From positions 864,001 through 928,000 of the forward strand of contig CAVYGB010000002.1 of the NCBI GenBank assembly GCA_963767925.1: a DNA stretch of 64,000 nucleotides. The letters are read 5' to 3'. Below, in pieces: positions 40,134-50,922 of the stretch (within the stretch, counting starts at the first letter, position 1; every line of letters begins with the position of its first letter). Position numbers and translations under genes: made by a program. Source of the DNA: an uncultured delta proteobacterium. GTDB lineage: Bacteria > Myxococcota_A > Polyangia > Fen-1088. The notes below the pieces were generated by a model, which was not told where the DNA came from, made no database searches, and was given only the letters and a program-made list of their open reading frames with translations.

Positions 40134-41991
40134 TCAGGGATCGCCGGAGAACGAGGGGGCGGGCCGGGGGCGGGCGGTCGGCTCGTCGAGGAGGATCTCC
40201 ACCTCCGGCTCGATGGGCCGGGGGCGGGCGCCCGAGCGGCGGCTCTCGCGCGGGCGCGGCTCGCGCGGGGCCCGGTCGGGGGGAGCCAGGGTGGGGGTCA
40301 CGGTGGCCTTGACCGCCGTGACCGCCGCGGCCGCTGCCCCGGTCGTCCCCGCCGTGCCCGCGGCGACGGCACCGTCCTCGACATCGGCCTCGGCGACCTC
40401 GTCGCCGCCCTCGTAGTCCACCCCCGGCACCACCTCCTGGCCGGGCTGGGTGATCGACCCCGCGGGCGTAGGCCATCATGGCGTTGACCGCGCTGACCTG
40501 GGCGCTCCGCACCGCCATGGTCGTGAAGCGCCGGTCGCGGATGCCGTCGACGAAGATCGAGAAGGCGAGCACGTCCTCGCCGTCGCCGACGTAGCCGGAG
40601 ATGCAGGACTTGCCGCTCAGCGTGCCGGTCTTGGTGCGCACCCGTTCGGCGGCGGGCGAGCCGCGGAAGCGGTTGCGGGTGGTGCCGTCGACCCCGCCCA
40701 CCGAGAGCGACTGCATCATCTCCGGCCCCCAGCGCGGGTCGAGGTAGATCTTGTGCAGGAGCTCGGCCAGGGCGTCGGCGGTCAGCCGGTTGCCGTGTCC
40801 CAGGCCGGAGCCGTTGGTGGGCAGGTAGCTCTCGCGGGCCAGGCCCAGCTCGTCCATCGCCTCGCGCAGGGTGCGCAGGCCCTTGTCGGCGGTGGCGGGG
40901 CCGCCGAACACCTCGGCCCCCACGACGTCGAGCAGGCGGTCGGCCCACTCGTTGTCCGACTCCTTGTTGATGCGGCGAACGATGACCGACAGCGGCTCGG
41001 AGCGGTGGACCGCCAGCGCCTCGCTGGGGCCGGGGCTCTTGAGCTCGCGGGAATCGAGCACGCGGGCCCGGTCGCGCACCTCGATGCCCGACTCGGTCAG
41101 CACCCGCTGCAGCAGCGAGGCGGTGAACAGGCGCTGGTCGGGGGCGATCCGGCGCATCAGCACGCCGGGGTGGCTCGCCGACAGCCGCCCGGCGAGGTCG
41201 ATCGTGATCTTGTCGGCGGTGGCGGTCAGGTTGAGGGTGAGCCGCCGCCCGCGCCCGCCCGTCACCGCCCGGTTGCGCACGACCACCGCGTCGGTGTCGG
41301 GCTTGATCGAGACGAGCGGCGGCAGGCCGTCGAGGCTGGGGCGCACGCGGATGTCGAGGAAGGTGCGGTGCACGCGCAGGGGCGTGCGCTCTTCCGGGTG
41401 GGTCTCGGACGAGCCGATGCGCCGGGTGTCGGCGGCGATGCCCCCCTCGATCCGCAGCACGCCCCGGGTGGCCAGGGCGGTGGCGAGCGACTCGAGGTCG
41501 ACCAGGCGGAGGGAGGGATCGCCCATGCCCCGCAGCACCACGTCCCCCTTGACCACGCCGGCGGCGTCGGGGGCCGCGCCCAGCAGCTCGGTGCGAAAGC
41601 GAAAACCCGCGCCCAGCCGCATGAGCGCGGCGGTTGTGACCAGCACCTTCTGGTTGGACGCCGGGTCCATCAGCGTCATGCCCCCGCTGCGGAAGAAGGT
41701 GCGCCCGCTGGACGCGTCGATCACGCGCATGCCGACCCGCACGCCCCCCAGCACCGGACCCTCGACGATGCCGGCGAGCTGCTCCTGCAGGCGAATGATG
41801 CGTTCGCGGGCGGGGTCGTTGGGGTCGGGCGGGGGCACGTCGAGCACCGCGCCCGACGATCCAGGTGCCGGCTCGCCCGGCGCCGGCGCCTGCGACGCGC
41901 GCAGGCCAGCGGGGTCCGCGGCCGCGGGCGCGCGGGACGGCATGGCCGAGAGGACGGCGAGGATGAGCGGCGCGGTGGTCTGGAGACGCAT
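40134..41991 (-). CDS. dacB: D-Ala-D-Ala carboxypeptidase/endopeptidase (PBP4, S13), frameshift near 40460
   Basis: SxxK PASNQK, GMGDP, SDN, NGSGL, KTGTL; tail PGVDYEGGDEV in the next frame matches the paralog at 53467. Confidence 0.88.
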
Positions 41992-42250
41992 CTGGTTTCC
42001 CGGGCCGCGGCTGGGGGCCTGGCTCGTCGTGGAAAGGTATAGCGAGCCGATCCCGGACGCCACTATCGAGAAACAGCTTGGCCGGGTGCGCGCTCGGCTG
42101 TCCCCCTGGGGGGGCGTTCAGGGCAGGTCCCCGGGGATTCCACGCCCAAAAGGGGGCGCCTCACCTCGCCCGGCCGCCACGCCTGTCTCGCCTGCGCGCC
42201 CCCGGCCCTGCCCCTGTGGCTCCCTGCCCGGCCTTTCCCTGGTCCGTTCC

Positions 42251-43252
42251 CTACCGGGCCTGGGCCACGGCGGCGGGGGGATACCAGGGCGGATAGCCAT
42301 CGCGGCGCGGAAGCTTCAGGACGGCCTGGAACAGGGCGGCCAGCGCGCCGGCGGGGGCGGGAGTGACGGTAGGTTGTCCCTCGTCGACGGCGCGCTCGGG
42401 CGGAATCCGGGCCGGCAGCGGGCACAGGCCCCGCCGGGGCGATTCGCTGCCGACCTGGTAGGCGAGATCGGCCGCGTGTTCGGCCAGCTTGCGGTCGAGC
42501 ACGTCGAGCGACACGCTGGGGAAGGCCGCCTCGATCGCCCCGAGGGGCGGCTGGCCGCCCTCGACCGCCTCCACCAGCGGCCGGAAGCGCGAGGTGTTCT
42601 TCCCCTCGGCGCCGTGGAGGATGTAGTCGATGATCAGGCGGCTGGTGAAGCGGTACCAGTTGCGCGCCTCGGGCCCGTCGTAGGCGTCCCAGGAGACCTC
42701 GACCAGCTTGCGCACCGGCAGCACCGGCTCCTTCTCCCGGGGCAACACGCCGAAGCAGGCCACCTGGTTGCCGTCGCCATAGCGGTATTGAACGGTGCGC
42801 ACGTAGGCCGCGAAGCCCTCGTGGAACCAGAGCGGGGCGTCCGGGAAGCTCTTGTGGATGTAGAGGTGGGCCAGCGCCTCGGACACCAGCGGGTGGCCCT
42901 TGTCGTCCATGGTGATGAGCAGCCCGTCCTTGCCGATGCTGCCGCCGCCGCCCGGCCCGCTGGCCAGCGCCACCGCGCCCCGGAGAAAGCCCATGGTCTG
43001 CTCGAACGTCTCGGGGGAGAAGACCAGCACGTCGATGCGGGGCAAGCTGACGTTCTTGAAGAAGGTCGCCCCGATGGTGGAGTGGGCCAGCTCGAGGTCC
43101 CGCACCAGGAGCTGCGTCTCGCGGGCCGTGCGGGCGTAGACCGCGAAGTTGCGGGAGGTGACAACGCTCCACCCCTCCGCCGACCCGATGCCCCCGTGGG
43201 CACACCCCGCCGCGATCACCAGAAAGGGGAGCAGGCAGCGTCCGGTCTTCAT
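42251..43252 (-). CDS. Hypothetical lipoprotein, gluzincin/DUF1570-like with degenerate zinc motif
   Basis: Lipobox AAGC, VTSRNFAVY, SEALAH in place of HExxH, PLWFHEGFA. Confidence 0.65.
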   Translation of the reverse strand: MKTGRCLLPFLVIAAGCAHGGIGSAEGWSVVTSRNFAVYARTARETQLLVRDLELAHSTIGATFFKNVSLPRIDVLVFSPETFEQTMGFLRGAVALASGPGGGGSIGKDGLLITMDDKGHPLVSEALAHLYIHKSFPDAPLWFHEGFAAYVRTVQYRYGDGNQVACFGVLPREKEPVLPVRKLVEVSWDAYDGPEARNWYRFTSRLIIDYILHGAEGKNTSRFRPLVEAVEGGQPPLGAIEAAFPSVSLDVLDRKLAEHAADLAYQVGSESPRRGLCPLPARIPPERAVDEGQPTVTPAPAGALAALFQAVLKLPRRDGYPPWYPPAAVAQAR

Positions 43253-43401
43253 CGCGCGCAGGTTACACCCTCCGCGGCCGCGGGGCGGCCGGGCGGAAGC
43301 TGCCGGGCAGATTAACTTTGACTCTGCGCGCTCAATTCGTGTTAAGCGCATAGCCAGGTTTTCCCAGCGTTTTCGACCGGGCTTTCGACCAGGAGTCACC
43401 C

Positions 43402-44652
43402 ATGAACCGAGCCAAGCTCCCCCCCGCGCCGATCGCGACCACCGCCTCCGCCTCCATCGGCGCGCGTTCCCCGCGGCGGGATGCGGGCCTCGTCGCCCTG
43501 TTGCTCGGCGCGCTCGTCGCGCCGGCCTGCGCGCAGCAACAGCGGGGTGGCTACCCGCCGGGCGCGTACCCGCCCCCGCCCGGCCCCTACGGATACGGCG
43601 CTCCTGGCCAGCCGCCGCCTCCTGCCGGGTACCCCCCGCAGGGCCCGCAACAAGCGAACCGCCAGCAGCCGCCTCCGCCTCCCGGCTACCCGCCGGCCGG
43701 GCAATACCCCCAGGCGCCCGGTCCCTACCCGCCTCCGCCCGGCTACCCGCGCGCCGGCACGCCCCCCGCCTACCAGGCGACGCCCGGCTACCCGCCGGCG
43801 CCACCCCCCGCGCGCCGCCAGCAACAACCTGCCTATCCGCAGGCCGGCGCCTATCCGCAACCCGGCGCCTACCCGCAGCAGCAGCAGCAGCAGCCCGGCG
43901 CTTATCCACAGCAGCAGCAGCAGCAGCAGCCCGGCGCTTATCCACAGCAGCAGCAACCTCCGCGCGGCTATCCGCAGCCCGGCGCCTATCCGCAGGCCGG
44001 CGCTTATCCACAGCAGCAGCAGCCGCCACAGCAGCGCGGTTACCCGCAGCCCGGTGCCTATCCGCAGCAGCAGCAGCCCGGCTACCCCGCCGCCCCCGGG
44101 CGCCCCCCCGCCCAGGCGGCAAACTATCCCGGCAACCAGCCGGGCCCCTACGCGCAGCAGGCCCATGGCCAGCCCGGCTACCCCGCCGCCCCCGGCTACG
44201 AGGGAGACGCCTACGCCTACGCCGATCCCGCCGCGCTGAGCGCCAACCGCCACGACGGCGGCTTTTACCTCCACCTGTCGGGGGGCGCCCGGGTGACGAA
44301 CGTCAGCGGCCCCTACGGCGGCACCGAAGTGGGCGTGGGCCTCGACGCCGCCGCCGGCGCGATGGTGATCGAGAACCTCGCCGTGTTCGGCGAGCTCCGG
44401 TTGTTCCCCGGCATCGGCATCGGCGCCGGCGCCGCCTACTACTTCATGCCCCTAAACCTCTACCTCGGCGGCTCCCTCCTCGCCCAGAGCTTCGGCTACG
44501 GCCTCGGCGCCGGCATCAACCTCCTCGGGGGCAAGGAGTGGTGGGTCAGCGACGTCTGGGGCATCGGCATCGGCGGCTCCCTCAACCTCACCCAGGTCGC
44601 CAACCGCACCGTCGCCATCCTCGGCCTCTCCTTCTCCACGACCTTCAACTGA
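43402..44652 (+). CDS. P/Q/Y/G-rich low-complexity protein with C-terminal outer-membrane beta-barrel-like domain
   Basis: Signal/lipobox APAC, GAYPQn repeats, HDGGFYL...[13 protein letters not shown]...FSTTFN. Confidence 0.75.
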   Translation: MNRAKLPPAPIATTASASIGARSPRRDAGLVALLLGALVAPACAQQQRGGYPPGAYPPPPGPYGYGAPGQPPPPAGYPPQGPQQANRQQPPPPPGYPPAGQYPQAPGPYPPPPGYPRAGTPPAYQATPGYPPAPPPARRQQQPAYPQAGAYPQPGAYPQQQQQQPGAYPQQQQQQQPGAYPQQQQPPRGYPQPGAYPQAGAYPQQQQPPQQRGYPQPGAYPQQQQPGYPAAPGRPPAQAANYPGNQPGPYAQQAHGQPGYPAAPGYEGDAYAYADPAALSANRHDGGFYLHLSGGARVTNVSGPYGGTEVGVGLDAAAGAMVIENLAVFGELRLFPGIGIGAGAAYYFMPLNLYLGGSLLAQSFGYGLGAGINLLGGKEWWVSDVWGIGIGGSLNLTQVANRTVAILGLSFSTTFN

Positions 44653-44829
44653 TCCCGAGCCCGGGCCCCCGCGAAGCTCGCGGCAACACAGCCGACCTTC
44701 ACCGGTCCGGATTGCCCGGGACAACCCCGTAGGCAACGAGACCGCTACCCGCGGCAGCCCCTTCCAATCCGCAGGGTCGACGCTGGTTTAGGACCGAAGC
44801 TGTCCGCAGGGGCTGGTAGGGTCTGCGGC

Positions 44830-45240
44830 ATGGCAACCAGGACGTACAAGGGGAGCTGCCACTGTGGCGGCATCAAGTTCGAAGCGGACATCGACCTCGC
44901 CAAGGGGACGGGCAAGTGCAACTGCACGAGCTGCTGGAAGAAGCGCTGGTGGAGCGTGCAGGTCAAGCCAGAGGCGTTCCGCGCGCTCCAGGGCGAGGAG
45001 CTGATGAGCGGCTACAAGGCCGGCGAGAAGAAGGGGCACACGGGGTTCTGCACGAAGTGTGGCGTCATCCCCTACGGCTGGGTGGCCGCGGCCGAGTGGA
45101 ACGACGGTGAGAAGGTGTCGATCAACGTCGCGGCGCTCGACGACCTCGACCCGGCCGAGCTGGCCGCCGCACCGGTGCAGTACATGGACGGCCGCGCCGA
45201 CAACTGGTGGAACCCGCCCAAGGAGTCCCGCCACCTCTGA
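44830..45240 (+). CDS. GFA family (CENP-V-like) zinc protein
   Basis: GSCHCG, CNCTSC, FCTKCG, INVAALD. Confidence 0.92.
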   Translation: MATRTYKGSCHCGGIKFEADIDLAKGTGKCNCTSCWKKRWWSVQVKPEAFRALQGEELMSGYKAGEKKGHTGFCTKCGVIPYGWVAAAEWNDGEKVSINVAALDDLDPAELAAAPVQYMDGRADNWWNPPKESRHL

Positions 45241-45430
45241 GCGTCCTCTTCGCGGATCCGCGCGGGCGCCCCGGGGAGACTCGCCCTCTCTGAGCGGCGC
45301 CTTCGCAGACACGCCCCGGGCGCTCCCCGGGAGACGCACCATCCTCTGAGCGGCGCCTTCGCAGACACCGCCCCGGGCGCTCCCCCGGGGAGACTCGCCC
45401 TCTCTGAGCGGCGCCTTCGCGGACACCGCC
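45235..45430. repeat. Degenerate 53-58-bp tandem repeat x~3.5 (CTCTGAGCGGCGCCTTCGC(A/G)GACAC...)
   Basis: Units start at 45235, 45288, 45344 and 45402; the first includes the GFA stop codon. Confidence 0.85.
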
Positions 45431-45558
45431 GCGATGCCAGTCGGCTGGGCAACGAGCGCCCAGCCGGGCGTGGGGGCGGCGGCGGGCGGTGGGTACAGGG
45501 CCTCACCTGTATGCAGGTCTCTTCAAGCCATGGGGCGTTCCGGTCGATTGATTGCGTC

Positions 45559-47013
45559 ATGTGGCTCGTCTTGCCCATCGGGCACGACCAGGGGATCCGC
45601 CATTTCCCCTGGGTGACGGCGAGCATTGCGGCCCTGTGTGTCCTGGTCCAGGTCCAGCGCAGCGTGAGCGGTCCCTCCGAGGAGAACCTGATCGCGGTGA
45701 TGGAGGAGGCCGCCGATATCGAGGACCAGCTCCTGACCAGGCACCTCCGCGCCACGGTGAAGCCCCACTCGGTGCGCAACTGGGAGGCCCTGCAGGCGCA
45801 GATGCAGAGCCTGCAAGAGCAGCGGGTGGTGGCCCGGGCGGCGCTGCGCGCCGGGAAGTTGACCGAGTCGAACGATCCCCTCTACCAGCGCTGGATGGAG
45901 GTGCGGGATCGCGAGCAGCGCCTGCTCCGCCGCGACATCGCCTACCAGCTGGCTTACCGCCCGAAGGAAGGGGTCAGCGCCGGGCTGGGGCTGTCCGCCT
46001 TCGCCCACGCCGGCTGGCTGCACCTGCTGGGCAACATGCTGTTCCTGTACCTGGTGGGCTGCAACCTCGAGGACCGCTGGGGCCGCAAGGCGTTCACCCT
46101 GCTCTATCTGGCCGGGGCGATCGTCTCTGGCCTCACGTTTTACCTGTGGCACCGCCACACCGAGACCCTGCTGATCGGCGCCTCGGGCGCGGTGGCGGCG
46201 GCCATGGGCGCGTTCCTGGTGTGCTTTCACCGGGCCCGCATCAACTTCCTGGTCTGGTCGCCCACGCGCGGCGCCCACATCTCGGAGATCTACGCCTTCT
46301 GGGTCTTCCCGGTCTGGTTCATCCAGCAGCTCCTCAACTCCTGGCTCGAAGCGCGCATGAACGTGGGCGTGGCCTATTCGGCGCACGTGGGCGGCTTCGT
46401 GCTCGGGCTGGCGATGGCGGGGCTGCTGAAGGTCACCGGGATCGAACGGCGCCACCTGCTGCCCGCCACCGCCGCCGGGACCGAGTGGAAAGAGGACTCC
46501 GACTACCTGTTCGCGCTCGAGCGCGTCGCCGCCGCCGATCTGTCGGGCGCGGTGACGAAGCTGCAGGCGGTGCTCGCCCGCCAGCCGCGCCACCAGGGCG
46601 CCCTCGAGCAGCTCGCGCGCACGGCGCTCATCCTCGGCGAGCGCGAGCTGGCCGCCCGGGCGGTGTCCGACTTCCTCGTCGAGCTCGGGCGGACGCGCCT
46701 ACCGGAGGTGCTGCCGCTGGTGCGCGAGCTGGGGCTGCTCGAGCTGCCGCTCGCGCTGAGCGATCGGGCCGGCCTGGTGGTGGTGCGCGCCGCCGCCTCG
46801 GCCGACCAGCCCGAGCTGATGGTCAAGGCCGCCCTCCGCTTGCTGCGGGAGCACCCCACCAGCCCGCTGGCCCCCGGCGTGATGTGGGACGTGGCCCGCC
46901 TGCAGGAGCGGCTGGGCCGCACCGACCTGGCGCGCGGCACCCTGCAGCAGCTCGTCGCCCGCTATCCCGACGACCCCTTCGCCGTGCAGGCCCGACGCAG
47001 GCTGCCTTCTTGA
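45559..47013 (+). CDS. Rhomboid family intramembrane serine protease with C-terminal TPR-like region
   Basis: FAHAGWLHLLGNM, GASGAV (catalytic Ser), AHVGGF (catalytic His). Confidence 0.9.
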   Translation: MWLVLPIGHDQGIRHFPWVTASIAALCVLVQVQRSVSGPSEENLIAVMEEAADIEDQLLTRHLRATVKPHSVRNWEALQAQMQSLQEQRVVARAALRAGKLTESNDPLYQRWMEVRDREQRLLRRDIAYQLAYRPKEGVSAGLGLSAFAHAGWLHLLGNMLFLYLVGCNLEDRWGRKAFTLLYLAGAIVSGLTFYLWHRHTETLLIGASGAVAAAMGAFLVCFHRARINFLVWSPTRGAHISEIYAFWVFPVWFIQQLLNSWLEARMNVGVAYSAHVGGFVLGLAMAGLLKVTGIERRHLLPATAAGTEWKEDSDYLFALERVAAADLSGAVTKLQAVLARQPRHQGALEQLARTALILGERELAARAVSDFLVELGRTRLPEVLPLVRELGLLELPLALSDRAGLVVVRAAASADQPELMVKAALRLLREHPTSPLAPGVMWDVARLQERLGRTDLARGTLQQLVARYPDDPFAVQARRRLPS

Positions 47014-47052
47014 CGGCTCCGCGTGCCGGGTATACTAGGGCCCAGATTTGCC

Positions 47053-47337
47053 GTGAAGCAGGAGGCCTTCTTCCGCAGCCCCGATGAGTCCGCCGAGGCG
47101 GAGGAGCTCTCCCTGCGCAGAGACCCCTTGCGGGTCGAGCGCCCCGGCCCCGCCGACCTGGACCCGGACAGCTGGCCCGACCACTGGGCCTGGGAAGAGG
47201 ACAACGTCGCCGACGGCCTGGGCATCGGCCCCTTCCCCACCGCCCGCAAGCCCCCCAAACGCGCCGAACGCCGCACCACCGGCCCCCGCCCGCTCGCAGC
47301 GACCGGCACCGACGACGGCTCCGCCGGCGACGAGTAG
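47053..47337 (+). CDS. Small acidic hypothetical protein
   Basis: GTG after a TATACT -10-like box (47031-47036); GC3-rich codons. Confidence 0.4.
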   Translation: MKQEAFFRSPDESAEAEELSLRRDPLRVERPGPADLDPDSWPDHWAWEEDNVADGLGIGPFPTARKPPKRAERRTTGPRPLAATGTDDGSAGDE

Positions 47338-47352
47338 CTCCGCGGCTCGGGC

Positions 47353-47402
47353 CGCCGGAGACCCCTCACCCCTTCTCTCCCTGCTGCCGCCGGGCGAGGC
47401 GA
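47353..47402 (+). repeat. REP-like element (CCGGAGACCCCTCACCCC...CTCCC...GGG)
   Basis: Matches the copies at 56720 (+) and 56856-56908 (-). Confidence 0.7.
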
Positions 47403-47578
47403 CAATCGGGGAGTCGCCTCGGCCATCTTCCGAGCGGGCGAGGTTTGCGACTCGGCGTCCTCGCGCGGCCGGATCGGCTCTCGCGACCCGGGGTTTCAAT
47501 TCACGAAAACGCGCCGCAGGAGGGGCTCGTCGCGGACGGGTTGGCCGGAGGGCGGGCCGAGGTTATCGTCGTTCGACC

Positions 47579-48076
47579 GTGGCGGATCCGGCGCTGCTGC
47601 ACCACCTCCCCCTTCACTTCGGGATGCGCGTCCTCGGAGGGCTGTTCGCCCTCGCCAGCGTGGTGGCCGTGGTCAGCGTCGCGGTCGAGAAGAGCGTCGA
47701 CCGCCCGCTGGCCCTCGCCCTGGCCGCCCAGCCCGCCATCTTCGCGACGATCCTGCGGGCGACCGTCTGGCGGACCCGTTCGCTGCGCGCGCGCCAGGCC
47801 CACCTCGAGGTCGGCTCCGGCGCCCGCCAGCGGCGCGTCGCCTTCGCCGACGTCCTCGCCATCGAGCGCCCCTGGTGGGCCCTCCCGAAGCTCCGGCTCA
47901 CCCCTGTCGAGCTGATCGTTCGCGGCTCCGCCCCGGTCCTCTTTTTCCCCGCCGCCGGCGCCGAGGCCTACCTGCAAGGTCGCCTGGCCGCCGCCCACGC
48001 CCTGTCCCCCCCCACACGCCCTCCCGCCCCCACGCGCCGCGGTCCCCCGTCCCGCCAGCCGCTGAAGCCCAACTGA
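47579..48076 (+). CDS. Hypothetical 2-TM membrane protein
   Basis: Two hydrophobic helices followed by a PH-like beta region (RRVAFADV). Confidence 0.45.
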   Translation: MADPALLHHLPLHFGMRVLGGLFALASVVAVVSVAVEKSVDRPLALALAAQPAIFATILRATVWRTRSLRARQAHLEVGSGARQRRVAFADVLAIERPWWALPKLRLTPVELIVRGSAPVLFFPAAGAEAYLQGRLAAAHALSPPTRPPAPTRRGPPSRQPLKPN

Positions 48077-48099
48077 ACCTCCAGCGCCCAGAATAGCCG

Positions 48100-48387
48100 G
48101 AACTTGCTGGTGCCATATGTGTATGGCAATTTTGTATGGATGAACGGGGAGGCCGACCGAAGCTGCTGGCCGGCTACGAGCAGATGCACCAGGCGAGCGT
48201 CATCGCCCACTCCGACGTCGTCGCGTTCGCGCGCGCCCGACATCTCCACGGCCGCGAAGTCGGCTGGATCGATGTCCACCTCCTGGCCTCCGCCCTCGTG
48301 GACCGCCTCCAGATATGGACCGCCGACCCCAGGTTCGCGACCCTCGCGGACCAGCTCGCGATAGCCTACCTCCCCGGCCAGCCCTAG
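48100..48387 (+). pseudogene. PIN/VapC toxin remnant (C-terminal part)
   Basis: GREVGWIDVHLLASA...IWTADPRF PIN tail; the N-terminal DTS motif is absent and the upstream VYG segment is out of frame. Confidence 0.65.
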
Positions 48388-48413
48388 CTGCGAGCAACTC
48401 TGCTAGCGAGGGG

Positions 48414-48608
48414 TCAGTGCTCGCTGTCGCTCTCCATCATTTTTCTGACCACCGTCGCGATGGTGGGGGCGTCGATGGCGGCTTGTTTCATCAGGGCGGT
48501 GGCGCGCTGGACGTCGTCGGCGTCCACCGCTTCGAAGAAGTCGTCGACCTTGTCGATGGCCGCGAGCTGTTCCAGCACGAGTGTCCCCTCGAAGTCTGAA
48601 TCATCCAT
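48414..48608 (-). CDS. Small acidic helical hypothetical protein (64 aa)
   Basis: SD GAGGTG, coherent helical pattern DFEGTLVLEQLA...DFFEAVDADD. Confidence 0.65.
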   Translation of the reverse strand: MDDSDFEGTLVLEQLAAIDKVDDFFEAVDADDVQRATALMKQAAIDAPTIATVVRKMMESDSEH

Positions 48609-48813
48609 CGATCACCTCTGATCACCTCCGGCGTGGGCCTGCAAAAAGAGCAGGCTGCAGTGTACCGGCGGATGCACCGAGGACCAGGTCGCAGATGCCG
48701 GGCGGGCCCTTGCCGGGGGCGACCAGCCGGGGAAAGGCGGGGGGTCGTGAACGCGCGCGCCTACCGCCCGATTGGTTGCCGGCTGACCGGCGAGGCGAGG
48801 TAAGATCCGGAGC

Positions 48814-50622
48814 GTGGTGGCGTCGGCGGGGGGCTCGAGCGCGGGAGCGGGGAGCGGGGCGTGGGGCTTGGCGGTGGGGATGGGGGCGTTTGTCGTTTAT
48901 GTCGTGACGGCGGCGCCCACGCCTTACCTGCTGGATTCGGCGCAGCTCGCGGCGGCGGCGTACGGGTTGGGGATCGCGCACCCGCCGGGGGAGGCGCTGT
49001 CCCTGCTCTGGGGGAAGCTGTTTGCCCTGCTGCCGCTGGGGAGCGTGGCGTTCCGGGTGGGGGTGTCGCAGGCGGTGGCGGGGGCGATCGCGGCCTGGCT
49101 GGCCTTCGTGCTGGCCCGCGGGCTGATCGATCGCGCGGATCCGGCGGGTGGGGTGCAGCCGGTGGTGCGCAACCTGCTGGCGGCGACGGCGGCGCTGGGG
49201 TTCGCGCTGGCGCCGGGGGTGGTGCTGTCGGCCAACCGGCCGGAGGTGTACGCGCTGGCGATGGCGCTCGCGCTGGGGGCGCTGCTGGCGGCGGGGTCGA
49301 CCGATCCGCGCGGCTGCCTGCTGGGCGCGGTGCTGGTGGGGCTGGGGGTGGCCAACCATCCGCTGGTGGCGGGGATGGCGGGGCTGGGGGCGGTGGCGGC
49401 GGCGTTGCCCTTGCTGCGGGCGGGGGAGGCGGCGCCGCGCGGGCGGCTGGCCGCCTACGCGGTGGGGGCGTTCCTCGCCGGCACCGCGGTGCTGGCCTAC
49501 CTGCCGCTGCGGGCGACGGCGGTGTACGCGGCCGCGCAGGAGGCGGCGGCGGACATCATCCTCTGGGGGGATGCGCGCAGCCTGGGCGGGTTCTGGTGGA
49601 TCGTCTCGGGGCGGACGTTCATCGCCAAGAGCAACGTCGTCCACACCGGGTCCGAGCCGGAGGTGTTGCCCTTCGCCATCGCCGAGGAGATCGGGCTGCC
49701 GCTGCTGTTGCTGGCGGTGGCGGGGGTGCTGTACGTGGTGCGCACGCCGGCGGCGCGGCGGTCGGGGCTGCCGCTGCTGGCGGCGCTGGCTGGCTCGGCG
49801 GTGGCGGCCGTGGCGGCCGGGTTCGATCCGCACAACCCGGATATCCGCGGGTATTTGGGGGTCGCGCTGGCGGCGACGGCGGCGCTGGGGGCGGTGGGGC
49901 TGACCGCCTTCGCGGGGGCGATCCGACGGACCTGGGTCGGCGGGGCCGCCGCGCTGGCGCTGGCGCTGGGGACAGCGGCGCACGTCCTGCCCATCCCCCG
50001 ATGGGTCGACCTGTACCGGGCGGAGGCGGCCGACCGGATCGGCCGCGACATCCTCGCGCAGGCGCCGCCGCGGGCGGTCCTGTTCACCTCGCACTTCGAG
50101 ACCGGTTTCCTGCTCGCGTACCACCGTTTCGTCGAGGGGCTGCGACCCGACGCGGTCTGGGTGCACCTCGGCTTCGTGCGGGGGCCCGGCTACGCCAGCC
50201 GGGTCGCGGCCTCCCACCCCGACCTGCGGCCCGCGCTCGAGGCGCACCGGACGGCGGCGCTGCTGCCGGCGGACCTGCGCGCCCTGGCTCGCCCGGCGCG
50301 CGTCGAGCCCGACCAGCACCTCGACGCCCGCCTGCGCGCCGACCTGTCGCCAGCGGGTCACCTCTGGCAGGTCGCGCCGGCCGGCGCACCCGCCCGGCGC
50401 GCCGGCCTGACCCCCCTGCCCCGCGACCTGCTGCCCGAGGCAGCCCGCGACCGGCAGGTGCGCGGCTTTCTCGGCTGGCGCGCGTACGGCGACGGCCTGC
50501 TCGCCTGCAGCCTCGGCCTCACCGACGTCGCCGCCCAGCGACTCGGCGAGCTGCAGACGCTGCTGCCCCACGACCAGCGCGCCCGCAGCCTCCTCACCGC
50601 CTGCCCGACCTCCCGCCGATAG
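48814..50622 (+). CDS. DUF2723 (TMEM260-like GT-C glycosyltransferase) membrane protein
   Basis: DSAQL...LGIAHPPGE, PEVYAL, ANH, YLPLR, EGLRPD; many TM helices. Confidence 0.82.
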   Translation: MVASAGGSSAGAGSGAWGLAVGMGAFVVYVVTAAPTPYLLDSAQLAAAAYGLGIAHPPGEALSLLWGKLFALLPLGSVAFRVGVSQAVAGAIAAWLAFVLARGLIDRADPAGGVQPVVRNLLAATAALGFALAPGVVLSANRPEVYALAMALALGALLAAGSTDPRGCLLGAVLVGLGVANHPLVAGMAGLGAVAAALPLLRAGEAAPRGRLAAYAVGAFLAGTAVLAYLPLRATAVYAAAQEAAADIILWGDARSLGGFWWIVSGRTFIAKSNVVHTGSEPEVLPFAIAEEIGLPLLLLAVAGVLYVVRTPAARRSGLPLLAALAGSAVAAVAAGFDPHNPDIRGYLGVALAATAALGAVGLTAFAGAIRRTWVGGAAALALALGTAAHVLPIPRWVDLYRAEAADRIGRDILAQAPPRAVLFTSHFETGFLLAYHRFVEGLRPDAVWVHLGFVRGPGYASRVAASHPDLRPALEAHRTAALLPADLRALARPARVEPDQHLDARLRADLSPAGHLWQVAPAGAPARRAGLTPLPRDLLPEAARDRQVRGFLGWRAYGDGLLACSLGLTDVAAQRLGELQTLLPHDQRARSLLTACPTSRR

Positions 50623-50922
50623 AGCTCCGTGCCGAGCAGGTAGGCCAGGGAGGTCGCCCGCCCCGCCCCCACCGATCCGGACCCGGGTGGCCGAGATCGG
50701 GCGACCCGGCCCGGCAGCCCGGTGGTCGACGCCGCCGGGCCTTCCCCTTCGTCGGCCTGGACATCGACGGGCAGGCCCGGGCCAGCGCCGAGGATCGGCC
50801 GGTGCGTTCGGACGTCCGGGCCCGAACGTCACTTTATCCACAGGCTGCCAGCCGCCCCCCCCCCCGGTCGCAAAGGGGGACTTTTTTGCCTCTTGCCGCG
50901 ACCCGTCCTAGGTTCTTCAGAC

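Noticed and set aside
45235..45430. CRISPR array
   Set aside because: The intervening segments are themselves repeats of each other; no cas genes
45559..47013. Sorting enzyme for the MYXO-CTERM proteins
   Set aside because: Myxosortases are CPBP-family proteins; this rhomboid-TPR shows no link to a sorting substrate
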